DNA from: Barthelona sp. PCE
Lineage: Eukaryota
Reading direction: 5' to 3'
DNA: 64,000 nucleotides
Assembly (NCBI GenBank): GCA_040285745.1
Contig: JAUFOR010000006.1
Coordinates: forward strand, 372,001 to 436,000
Numbering within the stretch: the first letter of the stretch is position 1; each line of letters begins with the position of its first letter. The notes under the pieces were generated by a model. It was not told where the DNA came from. It ran no database searches and saw only the letters and a program-made list of their open reading frames with translations. Of this stretch, positions 52,101-61,283 are shown one piece after another. Position numbers and translations under genes: made by a program.

Positions 52101-54940
52101 CCAGGAATCGAATCTGGGGCAAGTGATACTTGCGTTGCAATAGGAAGATGTCCTGCACTTTGTAGGTACAAATTGATAGAGAAAGCATCAGAGTTGCTCT
52201 TACCTAGCATAACTTCAAAGTGTTGGTATGTGCCACCAGGAAGATCTACATCAATGACGGTGTCTGGTTTTAATGTCCTTAAGGACATCAGTTCCGCGTT
52301 TAATGTGAATACTTCGTTGACCTGAGCCAAACTTTCCAAGGTGATGTAGTACTCTGTGGCATGGGTCTTACACGTTGGTAGGTGAAGATATATAGACGTG
52401 TTGAATCCGAGAACTCGTGTTTCTACGAGGGGATCGGAGTTCAAAGGGAGTAAGTTATAATAAGACTTGCAGGACGTATGAACATCTTGATCAAAGATTT
52501 GTAGACGAAGTGCTATGTCATACAGGTGATTATTTGGTATAGAGACCTTAACACGCAGTGAATCATTCTCCTTATATTCTTCAGTAACATCGAGAACAAA
52601 ACGATGATGTGAAATGGCACCAATTTCACCAAAGAAGATGGAATTTGTTTGAATACTATGGGTTTGCATCATTACGAATGTGAAGAAGAGGCGTAACTTA
52701 AAATCGGCATAGCTGTCTTCTGCAAGAACAATATACATATAACTATCCTTTAACAAAGCACATCCTATCACACTGGTGATACAACTCGTCAAGTTCTGGG
52801 AACCGCATACATCAATAAAATCGGTGTGGTCAAAACAATTCGTGGCAGGATCAAGAGGAGATTCTGAATGATAAACATAAAACAAGATATTTTGACTGGT
52901 GTCTTCTAATTCAAAATCACTAAATAAGAAACTAGCACTTTTGAGGTGAAGATATGGTACATTGTCCATAACCGGAATTTCAAATACTTCAAAACGATGA
53001 GTCTCTGAGAATTGAACAAGAGTCGATGTGTCATGTTCTAACTTCTTGAAATCAAGCATCTCAGTGAATTTGACATCAAGTGAAAAGTCAACAGACTCTT
53101 GTACTGTAGAATCACCTCTGGCCTTAATGCTGATAAAGTAATGCTCATGTTGCAAATCACAAGGAACATTCATCTTTAGTGGAACAGTGGCATAGGCAGG
53201 TAGGGTCTGTTTGAAGTCGTAGTTCAGACAGCAACTATCACTGGGTTCTCCAGCTAAATCGTTGCGGTTGATCATAATTGTCATTGGAATATGACCGACG
53301 TTGATCTCGAAATCAACGGTGAAACTACCAAGATACTCAGTGTTACGCAAATCTAACTCGAAGTACATGTATGATGTTGATGTGCAAGACGATTGGAAGA
53401 AAGAGTTGTTTGAAAGTAGAACAACTTCTTTTGGTTCTAAACTTGCAGTCAGTGCAATCGATTCATCGTGCCAATTGCTTGACTTAAGGATGATCTCCCA
53501 TAAACCGGGTTCCATCGAACAGGGACAGTATGTGTACTCATAAAAATGAGAGAATGAGATCTCTGCTCTACGGTCATATGACTCTCCCTTGTCATCATAC
53601 TTCAAAAAGACCATCGTCATTTCAGTGGGGATGTTAGGGTAAACCATTAGCGTTAGCGGTTCGTTGGCGGAGAAATCTGATGAGATGATTGCGTCTATGC
53701 TTGATGAAGAAATAGAGGACAAATTTAAACTCTTGAAGATCTCAAATCGAAGGCGCGTTTCAACATTGGCAAGATGCTCGACTTGAACGCTGTTGCCAGG
53801 ATAGAGTATGTTATCATGGTTCTCAACCTTGTGCAGAACAGGGCGCAGTGTAAGGCGCACCACAATCGTACGCCCCTCAACACGCGGCCGTACAGCACGC
53901 ACCGTGACACGAAGATTACGGTCCAAATCTGTAGGAAAGACCTCTACGCGGCGGCTTGTATTGAATACATCAACGGAAGATACGGTAGACCAGCCACGTT
54001 CCTCGCTTAGGAAGGATGGGTACGCGTCATACATGTAAGCGAAATCTGCCTTACCAAAAACTGTGGCAACCTCAAGAACATATGAACTATACTTTGGATC
54101 CAGCGATGCGTAAAAGAACTCCTGTTCAGCCTCCAACAGGCTGTATAACTTCGGCTCTTCAGTTAGCTCATGGGGTTCTTCCTTCTCCACATGAATAAGA
54201 TAGGTGAGAGTTTGTTCAGTCGTCCCTTTGTATTGAAGCGTGATGTAGCCACGGTGGTCCGCGTTACCGAAGTCGTCAGGTAGCCTGATTGCGGCTGATC
54301 GACCAACCTTTGCAACGTACGACTCAATATTAGAAGGACATTGTGCGAATGGGATCGTATACCCAGTATAGAAAACACAGTCATCATCCTCATTGTCGCC
54401 GTCTCCGACCAGGTATGTGAATGCAGTTCCTCTATAAAAATGTTCGATGGAAGACAGATCAACCGAAAAAACATGAAAAGAATTCGGTTCGAGTGCTGTA
54501 TTCTGAGCTGTTAAAGACGTTATTGAGTGGAACTCCGTCTTTGTCTTGCTGATGCGGACATCGATGTCAATACTCTCAGAGGGAAAGAATGTAACATAAA
54601 GTTCATTGGAATAATCAAAACATCCAAAAGTCTGTTTGAACCCTTCTTCCACATCTGAAAGGTCGACCGTGATGACCTGGAGTGCATCGTCAAAGTAATT
54701 TGGTTGTACATTGCTCACAAGTATACGTAAAGTACCATCATGGTCTGCATTGTTGAACTTAACTAATTCAAACGATACCAACTCCGGGGTTTCAAGTGAT
54801 GGGAGCTTGTAGGATAAAAAATTACAGCAGAATTCGTGCTTGAGAGTAAAAGTTGTATCAAATGATGCAATTGAAGCTGTTTCCCCCGTGAACGCCACCA
54901 AAAGGTGCGTTAATAGTAGGAAAATAATGATCTTGTGCAT
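46196..54940 (-). CDS. Giant type I membrane protein (2914 aa) with juxtamembrane Frizzled-like Cys-rich domain
   Basis: Signal peptide; repeated beta-sandwich-like units; DCLEALQLLSCDLSFPR...PICVNHCSNVIAHC (FZ/CRD pattern); one TM; short tail ending EEFINLI. Confidence 0.8.
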   Translation of the reverse strand: MHKIIIFLLLTHLLVAFTGETASIASFDTTFTLKHEFCCNFLSYKLPSLETPELVSFELVKFNNADHDGTLRILVSNVQPNYFDDALQVITVDLSDVEEGFKQTFGCFDYSNELYVTFFPSESIDIDVRISKTKTEFHSITSLTAQNTALEPNSFHVFSVDLSSIEHFYRGTAFTYLVGDGDNEDDDCVFYTGYTIPFAQCPSNIESYVAKVGRSAAIRLPDDFGNADHRGYITLQYKGTTEQTLTYLIHVEKEEPHELTEEPKLYSLLEAEQEFFYASLDPKYSSYVLEVATVFGKADFAYMYDAYPSFLSEERGWSTVSSVDVFNTSRRVEVFPTDLDRNLRVTVRAVRPRVEGRTIVVRLTLRPVLHKVENHDNILYPGNSVQVEHLANVETRLRFEIFKSLNLSSISSSSIDAIISSDFSANEPLTLMVYPNIPTEMTMVFLKYDDKGESYDRRAEISFSHFYEYTYCPCSMEPGLWEIILKSSNWHDESIALTASLEPKEVVLLSNNSFFQSSCTSTSYMYFELDLRNTEYLGSFTVDFEINVGHIPMTIMINRNDLAGEPSDSCCLNYDFKQTLPAYATVPLKMNVPCDLQHEHYFISIKARGDSTVQESVDFSLDVKFTEMLDFKKLEHDTSTLVQFSETHRFEVFEIPVMDNVPYLHLKSASFLFSDFELEDTSQNILFYVYHSESPLDPATNCFDHTDFIDVCGSQNLTSCITSVIGCALLKDSYMYIVLAEDSYADFKLRLFFTFVMMQTHSIQTNSIFFGEIGAISHHRFVLDVTEEYKENDSLRVKVSIPNNHLYDIALRLQIFDQDVHTSCKSYYNLLPLNSDPLVETRVLGFNTSIYLHLPTCKTHATEYYITLESLAQVNEVFTLNAELMSLRTLKPDTVIDVDLPGGTYQHFEVMLGKSNSDAFSINLYLQSAGHLPIATQVSLAPDSIPGSVECFVKNSDTRVSSLTPTRTSYFLLSETDVLDDKKRWFLTLFQPVYFNDVQMDQSMHITIYSKKSGSHIEKISKSSWKKFKMSLRDYRYFLLQHHSPLNFIRVEVKIDEISMNPSFHLMLSGNNEKPIATSTSNFQYSTLPNFDSSKSNSQSIHLDIHPCAIPFENIPLSASLYLNSLALATSQISGEVRFLKIPFVILKEEERRQIEISDFEKIFYGKLESKLDNVCTSTIVFEIETEYEGEIELFIRIDAHAGPFIGCLGYDSTHVFTSTNKRFEITPCELKAGEMFISFRVPTPKSDAIELKPIYSTMHYERPTLRELTKDSSFDEELTENIVFLYDHAGTFEVFSLFAWSVSVTGTDATVRVAPTGSGEKCSHAYSLTVKDGAHATISATCCLFGRHYLSITPNNPGSAARVVLKSSFYNGITDIGTIKVSPGAIRYLKVPARAHSQQAEYVLLHLPDPKTAHVVYSTNTASSCVDDIGSLVSHGTYFAMYDEHPLISGQQVLSVQYNAVGSTIQSTQKTVELKLAATVHSFVHSTISAGSESTVMVDRENLPIIRFDAPIYAATATIRIKDVQHNLCVLHDTKMPYTSLMHMNDIDEDICYEVCQSGEECEIELTEENFPINLKDSVWAIVPIEYVYEKFNVKVTLDTPASVAEIIVQDNGVDVTQPNFDDTFYEIRTNDKIGQTSGYAFYCDFTFTSDDGEITLFEGGVSTHRRRILSVSNKKRRVSFDPVYRYKLYYLMVEGEGSVDCRKYEYRFGELSSPESVKQTVTVQKGNYAVFSIKLTSDLGFGAEIKSSITPFSVYEDKKLLATSTKENVEVHADFKNRDMSIRNLIIVVNNGDHYSGECTMEVTPFRSGIYHSVTDFVYDQAYHSYSTVIDVDIHRPSVIGVARHIFSRSSTHYSISVNVLNVYCDSLQLYTIKSDSKKAIEAGVADPDMGASFAFELVDNGELGAFYQDFVIILATESSTKSRAKIEVVVRSNILTRISFDQWMKCKGTSCEYNFLPNLSGMYAQIYVESRQECKIQFATEPDFSNIVSVASDKDMWSYLQLPHSETGFISLLYIRVGGLFTTECDFNFHLYDAQPKKIDARENPVTIQQRLVCDVIHVFELNNEDIPATESMALVKVDVALPLIHRESTHSGEFTVAIFSSTFGQKVYDYELADVVVNQRFDKSVGKASFMAVLPPNVNKNHERLFVTVRFEPDIRGQFDSSMSPPVEMEFHSLPTNLITMDIGNSDFYSFSRATNLHFRVPVKMLADANTYVAEFSLDDRFVPSDDANVPFCVYVTAEGVPVYEYGKVPSPSSFTLYKCVEDLGEKAIIDFRELLQDAVVGSEQQLYMTVVSGFDGLQTLLVSLERKKIATLVTVNRFTDRRIELECLQSKSSEKRVYALETAALKETEGDKQKFLKITVYALQAKELTVQIRPNPYFSTLYKTQDVFWQCHINEHDTACTVDFPSVSMYDWLYVVFDNAEHHSLQIDVYDSSVVYLETNVPKFVASVEQSQIVSIPFKKGHGVDATFIHEASLTFEVSMTGEEWQPIESLDLSFGVSDVHVSPFYLDRADDSVTHFFLRMFSEHCISTTITTKLSEPIATEGTVSVRTGSGEYRGMRLKVTGIKPDILFHVNNSEEYHAGCQGLEVYMQSGDLLTRDTKGVLDLYIPKTHIYNYDKKVQGDYFLTLFIKSTIDYERYSDSMECLISFKLMEAPVIPFKESIIVENSVRSFIGNRLVRIEVKPMRDISLFIIVGNVEYSYELEETDIFFEYTFEIAEPTTVLIGVTDRTMLRVTSNSVTHATTQFCGEKDVPDLVGDFLSYRGIPADDALLRNEDAMIRFEGWKANLVNSVSCMGVSQDCLEALQLLSCDLSFPRYSVNVLDTPICVNHCSNVIAHCPTVINQTIPLSCESNRFSLEACGLVAVDSGWSLIVISIISLSVILLAVLSYSIFCSGGPQRAQDGEEFINLI

Positions 54941-55114
54941 TTCCCACCCTAGAGAAAGAATTAAAAGGAGTAATTAAGAGAAAACGAATTGGATTTATTT
55001 AGACTCATTTTGGTATTGCTGATGGCCGCATTCGCTAGTGTGATGCCAGCCTGCTTCATGAAATTAAACAGTTATGTGTTGTTTTCCCAACTATCCCTTC
55101 TTTCGAGACGCGCA

Positions 55115-57457
55115 ATGGTGGAACTAACTTCCCTTGACCAGATCTCGACACTTAAGCCCGGTACAAGGCAGATCATTATCGAAAATGTTGATTTAGACGA
55201 TTCACAGCTTTCAAACATATTTGCGCAATTGGAGCAGTTTAAACACTTGGAGTGGCTCTCTATCGCATCCAACAGGGTGACAACCCTGGATATAGATATG
55301 TCTGCATTTAAATCACTTGTATACTTTGATTTTTCAAGCAATCCCATTACTGAAGTTCCTTTACAAACTCTTACAACCATTTCCAACCTTAGGCACGTCG
55401 TTACGTCGTACCTCAGCGAAGAGTCTGAAGAGAATATGGCAATGGAGCTGGAAAATCTCCTATCTTTGAATGGGTTACCACTTGTAGCTGCTGAGAAGGC
55501 AAATCAGGATGTGCGCCAGTTGCTTCTGTCATTAAGTTCCACACCTGTAGCTGAGCTTGACGATGTAGAGCTTGAAGAGAAGATCGAAGCTGATATTAAA
55601 GAAGTTGTAGAAGAAACAGTCATGCCCGTTGAAGAAGAACCAGAAGCTGAAGTAGAGGAACCCTTCACGGTTGTCGATCGCATTTCTGTGGATGAAATAG
55701 AAGAAATAGCTAATGTTTTTGATGCGATTAAATCTATTTTTGTTAAGACACCTGAAGATGATTTATTTTTAACAAATCGTTTTGAAAAGAAAACAGGGAC
55801 AATTTTCAAACGTCTGGAGAGCAAACTTAACACAATTAGTGAAGAAGAAGCAGAAAAAAGAAGTGTTGAGATTCATAATGCCAAGTTTAATCTTTTCGAT
55901 CTTTGTTTAAAAGAATTTATAAGTATTGAATCAGCTAACGTTGTAACAGACGTTGAGATGCAGAAGGTGAACATATTGAATGTCATCAGGGAGAGCATGA
56001 ACGAATGTTTCCGTTCAGTAGTTCCAGTTATTGATATAGTTCAAGAACGTCATGAGAACAAGATTATTACATTGAAGCGCGAGCGTAAGGAGCTCCAAAA
56101 CGAAGTGTCCCGTGTGCTCAGCGTTGCCGAGAACTTACAGAATGACAACGAGCAGATGTTTAACGTTCAAAAAGATTCAAAGAACCGCTATGATCATGAC
56201 AAAATGGAACTTTTGAATAAGGTTGGTGATTTACAGGCTGAAAATGAACGTTTAAAGGCTAGAGTTCAACAACTAAAGTTACAACAGTTGAAATCACAAA
56301 AGGGAACCCAGGGTTTTCTACAGACTATGAAATCACGCATTCGTCCACCTTCTCCACAACTCAACACAACAGCAATTCCCAGCAGCGTCCCTAAATACAT
56401 GCAGGGGAAGAACGAAACTCCGAAAAAGGATACCCCAAAACGCACGTTTTTGCGTACGGATGAGGCACCTGCCAGTGCTACCACTAAGAAGCGCAGCAGG
56501 TCTTACAAACAACTCACGTTGAAGCAGACCAAGGACTTGATCAATGACGTGTACACTTCGAAGATTGCCCATGATAAGAAGTGCAAAGAAGTGGGTCTTC
56601 CTGTAGAAACATTGGAGCAACATATCATCACTTACTTTAATCAGAGATACGGATTAAAGAGGCTTGTTCAGGAGATGCTTCACTCTTTTTCAAGGGCAAC
56701 CAAGAAGTTTGCATTAGAAGATAACTATATTCTAGTATTCTTACGTATTCTTAAGCATCAAATTGATGAACATTTTGTATCGGTACAGAAGCAACTCGTT
56801 GAGACTGTTAATTCACTTGTTGATGTGTATCTTCGTAACAAATATCCCAATATGCCTATTAAAGCAGTTAAGAAAAAGGCACAGGAGGTTACCGCCGATT
56901 ACATTAATGAATCTATGTATGTTGACATTATCACATATATCTACGAGGAGGCAGACGCAATGGAGGTTCTCCAACTCGTACAGTCACATACAAAGAAGGA
57001 ATGGACACGTCGACTGGCTGAAGGAGATATAATAGACGATCTTGTTAATTATGATGGAGGTCTCAGTGCAGCAGAGCGTCTACGTTTCAAACAATTGTCA
57101 AAGAGTGGTAAATTGAATAATCATGTTGCAGAATTAAGTTTATTACCACAAAAAGAAAAAACAAAGATTAGATTCAATGATTTCATACAAATTTTATTAA
57201 ATTTCCAGTTAAACGGTCATATCGCATACCTCAAGACATTCCAAGACATTTTCAATACATTTGATGGTGATGGTAATGGTCAACTCAATGATGAAGAATT
57301 TAAGATGTTGATGAGAAAAGTCATTCATGGTCTGAGTGAGCTCCAATGCACAACTTACTTGAACGATGCTGATCCATTAGGTTCTAATTCGTTTACGTTT
57401 ACACAATGTGTTGAATTCTTCAGTGATAAGATCAGTTTCACAGATATAAGAGTTTAG
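55115..57457 (+). CDS. LRR + coiled-coil + EF-hand protein
   Basis: LRRs LEWLSIASNRV and LVYFDFSSNPI; coiled coil; EF-hands DGDGNGQLNDEEF and DPLGSNSFTFTQC. Probable ATG 55115. Confidence 0.8.
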   Translation: MVELTSLDQISTLKPGTRQIIIENVDLDDSQLSNIFAQLEQFKHLEWLSIASNRVTTLDIDMSAFKSLVYFDFSSNPITEVPLQTLTTISNLRHVVTSYLSEESEENMAMELENLLSLNGLPLVAAEKANQDVRQLLLSLSSTPVAELDDVELEEKIEADIKEVVEETVMPVEEEPEAEVEEPFTVVDRISVDEIEEIANVFDAIKSIFVKTPEDDLFLTNRFEKKTGTIFKRLESKLNTISEEEAEKRSVEIHNAKFNLFDLCLKEFISIESANVVTDVEMQKVNILNVIRESMNECFRSVVPVIDIVQERHENKIITLKRERKELQNEVSRVLSVAENLQNDNEQMFNVQKDSKNRYDHDKMELLNKVGDLQAENERLKARVQQLKLQQLKSQKGTQGFLQTMKSRIRPPSPQLNTTAIPSSVPKYMQGKNETPKKDTPKRTFLRTDEAPASATTKKRSRSYKQLTLKQTKDLINDVYTSKIAHDKKCKEVGLPVETLEQHIITYFNQRYGLKRLVQEMLHSFSRATKKFALEDNYILVFLRILKHQIDEHFVSVQKQLVETVNSLVDVYLRNKYPNMPIKAVKKKAQEVTADYINESMYVDIITYIYEEADAMEVLQLVQSHTKKEWTRRLAEGDIIDDLVNYDGGLSAAERLRFKQLSKSGKLNNHVAELSLLPQKEKTKIRFNDFIQILLNFQLNGHIAYLKTFQDIFNTFDGDGNGQLNDEEFKMLMRKVIHGLSELQCTTYLNDADPLGSNSFTFTQCVEFFSDKISFTDIRV

Positions 57458-57651
57458 AATTAAGTACAGCAGTCAAATCAAGTTAAATTAAATGTAAAGT
57501 GTTTACATATTTATGTATTTACTCAAATGTTCAGTGAAATTCTAAAAAAAAGAAGCTTAGAAATAAAAAAGTTGCACAAAAAGTGAATATTGGTGTTTGT
57601 TGTTTGTTGTTTGATTTTTCGGTCAATTACAACCACAAAAAATTTGTTTTT

Positions 57652-57861
57652 TTACCCAAATACATCCTCAAAGGATAAATCTCCGGGATCGTCTTGTTGA
57701 GGTTTAATAACGGAAAAATCACTACTAACCGGACCCAAAAGGTTCGTTTCAGTGGGTATACTATCACTAGAAGGTAACATTGCTTCTAATGTTGGTGATA
57801 CTGTGCTTTTGTATGCTGTTGTTTTCATATACTGTGATAGGCTTACTGGTTTGGAATACAT
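57652..57861 (-). CDS. Small hypothetical protein (may have an upstream exon)
   Basis: 69-aa Ser/Pro-rich ORF ending DLSFEDVFG. A possible CAG|GTTTAT...TTCCAG splice would add MAALIHVQHPKQ-IFFHCTTHKIP. Confidence 0.35.
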   Translation of the reverse strand: MYSKPVSLSQYMKTTAYKSTVSPTLEAMLPSSDSIPTETNLLGPVSSDFSVIKPQQDDPGDLSFEDVFG

Positions 57862-58697
57862 TGGTATTTTGTGTGTTGTGCAGTGAAAGAAAATCTGGAA
57901 TAAGGTGAGATTTAAAAATTCAAGTTAACTGAGCCTTTTTAAGTTTAAATACCAATTTAGTAGATATAAACCTGCTTGGGATGCTGTACATGTATCAATG
58001 CTGCCATTTCAGTGGTTGGAATGCTTTGTAAGGTTGGGATAGACAAAGTCTATCAAAAGATGAACTTGAGCCTTTTGTTTTGTTGAAAACATTTAAAAAT
58101 CCAAAATAGGAGTCAGTGTGCATGTGCACTACCGTCTTTTGGCTTTATTTGCTGGATGACTTGCGTATTTGCATGAAACAAATTTTCGTGTGCTAATATG
58201 AAAAAACAATCCGTATATCACATACGACTGGCAAATACGCGCTCTCTAGCATAAAAAAAGAATTATATTAAGATGATACAAAGATATTCTGTTTCTTTTG
58301 TTATTTATTGAGCTACACATTACAAGGTTCTGGAATAGATTATATATAATAACAAAACTACTGCAGCATTGAATAAAAGTATGAAAAATAATGGGAAATA
58401 CAACATATTTTCTTTAATGGTGAATCTTAAAGTATACACATATGTTCACCATGTAAACGAGGTGAATTATTAATATTATTACAAAGAGACTGTTCATACC
58501 AAAATAAAATAATTATATCCCAAAATTTTGTTCCGCAGGTTAGAGTTTAGGTTCAATATCCATATTCCGAGTCAGTACAAATGCATATATACTCTCGAAC
58601 TCACCGTGTGCTAAGAATGTTCAATGTCAAACAGTCACATATTGAATATTTCAACCTCTATCCATTTTCACGCGCGCGTATTTTATTTTAACGCGGG

Positions 58698-60635
58698 ATG
58701 GGGCACCACTCACCAGCTACACAGGATCAAAGCATAAAACCTACTCTAAATGCTGCGTTTGAGAATGGTAATCTTTTGCGCTATGATATGATTAAAAACA
58801 ACTCTTTCCATATTTATAGCAGACCTGACGCACAGCCAAGACACCATAAACCAGGAACATTGAGATCATGGTTCCATTTCTACTTAAAGAATGCTTCACT
58901 AACTACATACACATTTTATCTGCAAAACATACCAAAAAAGACTAAATTGTGGAAGCATGACATGCGTCCGGTTATTGCATACTCTCCCAGTGAGAGAGAT
59001 GATGATCATGTTATGATACCTAGTTGGGAGGATTATCACCGAATCGATGATGCTATTCAGATCATAAAGGGAACAGAAGATGTCATCGTGTCCTTCCAAA
59101 TTACTGTAACAGAGGATAGACCGTTATTCATAGCTCTTACTTTCCCATTCTGTCTGGAACATTTTCCTCAATTTTGGTCACAGTTGCGATTTGCACCAAA
59201 TATCCGCATCCTCGAGCAGCAGTTCTCTCGCTCTCATCAAAACAGACCAGTTTATATGTACGGCGTCACCAGTTTTGAGAATTCTCCCATTGATTTAACT
59301 TTGGAAAGCGTTATACAGTGTCAGAAACCGGTAATCATCGTCACTGCCCGTGTTCACCCGGGAGAAACACCAAGCTCGCACGTTATGAACGGATTTATTC
59401 AATTTTTAGCAACAAGAGATACACGTGCTGCGTTGCTGCTAGAACATTTCTTGTTTGTTTTTATTCCTTTTCTGAACCCCGACGGTGTTGCAATGGGCCA
59501 CTGGCGCAACGATTCAAGGGGCCTGAACATGAATAGAATGTATGGAATGAATAAGGTTGTTACCATCGATCGATTGTGTCATTGGTTGAAAGAAATCAAC
59601 ACACATTCCACACTAGCTCTGTTCTTGGACCTCCACGCACACGCAAATAAGCGTGGCTGTTTTATTTATGGAAACGCAGCGCCAGATTCAGAAATAGCAC
59701 CGATCATAATGCTTTATCCTCGTTTACTCAGCCTTTACTCCCCATTTTTCGATTTTAACGGGTGTGCATTCACACAGAGTATGCTCACTATTAAGGATAA
59801 ACGTGGAGAATCCAGGATGAACAGTGGACGAGTATGGAGTTACATTAATCTGAAAAACGTTATGATTTACACACTAGAATGCAACTACTGCTGCTCCCGT
59901 GTGATATCGAAGCTGAGATACTCTGTTTCTAATCCGGAACCAGAAATTTTGTCCCACTACACACCTTCATCTTTCCATCATGTTGGATATGCTTGTTGCG
60001 TTGGATTACTTGATTTGTTTGACATCAATGAGCAAGGAATACTGCGAAACAGTGAATTTGGATCCCTTTCAGGACTCATGTTAGCAAACTCTACCTTTGT
60101 CAGATCTCGTGAAGCGGCTGTTAAGGAAAAGAATAAGAGATCAGGGGTAGCAAGACGCAAAAATATGAGCAGAGTGAGATGGGACGCGCTTGGATTACCA
60201 ACAGCAAAGATTTTGATGCAAAATTGGGTCAAGCTGCATGATTTACTCGGTCAACCTATCCCTATGGCGAACATTACCGAAGCTAAGAAGAAGAGGCGCA
60301 GTAAGCGAAAGACTAGCGCTACCAAAAAACGAATGAAAAAATCTTCTTCAAAAAGTTCTGTTAAGAGTTCTGTGAGTGTTGAATCAATTGAAGCAGAAGA
60401 TGACTTCCCGATTGAAGTTATTCCAAGTCAGGTTCTCACAGGTGAGCAAGTTGTGAGCCCAGTGAATTTCTATTCTATAGAAAAAGATGAGCAAAATTAT
60501 TCTCCAGTTAAAAAAATGCAAAATGCTCATATTAACGATGTTGTTGTCCATGAACACGATGAATTAGAGTTAATAACTCGAGCAGGTAGAGCAAATCTTC
60601 ATACAATCAGTTTTGGTATGAACATAACGAGTTAA
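58698..60635 (+). CDS. AGBL5: Cytosolic carboxypeptidase (tubulin deglutamylase), CCP5-like
   Basis: FENGNL, SWFHF, ARVHPGETPSS, NPDGV..GHWR.DSRGLNMNR, DLHAHANKRGCFIYGN, YTLECNY. Confidence 0.88.
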   Translation: MGHHSPATQDQSIKPTLNAAFENGNLLRYDMIKNNSFHIYSRPDAQPRHHKPGTLRSWFHFYLKNASLTTYTFYLQNIPKKTKLWKHDMRPVIAYSPSERDDDHVMIPSWEDYHRIDDAIQIIKGTEDVIVSFQITVTEDRPLFIALTFPFCLEHFPQFWSQLRFAPNIRILEQQFSRSHQNRPVYMYGVTSFENSPIDLTLESVIQCQKPVIIVTARVHPGETPSSHVMNGFIQFLATRDTRAALLLEHFLFVFIPFLNPDGVAMGHWRNDSRGLNMNRMYGMNKVVTIDRLCHWLKEINTHSTLALFLDLHAHANKRGCFIYGNAAPDSEIAPIIMLYPRLLSLYSPFFDFNGCAFTQSMLTIKDKRGESRMNSGRVWSYINLKNVMIYTLECNYCCSRVISKLRYSVSNPEPEILSHYTPSSFHHVGYACCVGLLDLFDINEQGILRNSEFGSLSGLMLANSTFVRSREAAVKEKNKRSGVARRKNMSRVRWDALGLPTAKILMQNWVKLHDLLGQPIPMANITEAKKKRRSKRKTSATKKRMKKSSSKSSVKSSVSVESIEAEDDFPIEVIPSQVLTGEQVVSPVNFYSIEKDEQNYSPVKKMQNAHINDVVVHEHDELELITRAGRANLHTISFGMNITS

Positions 60636-60663
60636 AAAGCTTGAATTATACATCCTTAATTTA

Positions 60664-60765
60664 TTTCACGGTGATGAGTGTGGTCAGTGAAGCAAAGAAA
60701 GAACTCCTCCCACTTGAACGTGAGGATCATTGCGGATTGACAAGTCGACACACAGAACAACAATA
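60664..60765. ncRNA. Candidate snoRNA-like / K-turn RNA between the CCP5 and Snu13 3' ends
   Basis: Box C GTGATGA (60671), C'-like TGAGGA (60721), stem GTGTGGTC/GACACAC. No canonical CTGA box D on the + strand. Confidence 0.3.
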
Positions 60766-60793
60766 TGAGACTAATAAGAGTAAAACCCCACCA

Positions 60794-61204
60794 TTAAACG
60801 TTGATCTGCTCAACTGCAGTGCAAAGGGTTTCAATCTGGTCATTCAAGTGAGAATTCTTGCGCTTCTCGAAAGAGACTGCAAGTACTGCACGACTAACAC
60901 CGGAAGCACGGCCGAGAGCGACCTTAGAGGGAACATAAACGTAAGGAACGTTCTTATCCTCGCAGAGATAAGGTAAATGCATAACAATCTCGAAGGGAGT
61001 AGCATCTGCAGCAACTACAACGAGCTGAGAAAGACTCTTGTTAAGGTTCTTAGCGGTTTCATTGGCTCCACGACGGATTTGACGCTCAGAAGCTTGTTGA
61101 ACAAGATCAAGAATAGTAGCAGTCAGTTCTTCATCAGCAAGTGGACGGGCACGGGGATCGCTCTAAATGTAAGCATCTTCTAAGTAAAGAATGAAACAAA
61201 CCAT
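60794..61204 (-). CDS. SNU13: Snu13/15.5K (L7Ae family); exon 1 coding part is ATG only (61202-61204), exon 2 is 60794-61162
   Basis: Spliced translation MSDPRARPLADEELTATILDLVQQASERQIRRGANETAKNLNKSLSQLVVVAADATPFEIVMHLPYLCEDKNVPYVYVPSKVALGRASGVSR. Confidence 0.95.
61163..61201 (-). other. Spliceosomal intron, 39 nt, directly after the start codon
   Basis: ATG|GTTTGT...GCTTACATTTAG|AGC; needed to give Snu13 its start codon. Confidence 0.88.
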
Positions 61205-61283
61205 TTTTTAGTAAAGAGTTGAAATACCTTTTCTGAACCTTTCAGTGTTTGAATACATTTCTTTCTTAGGGCACATATGAATT

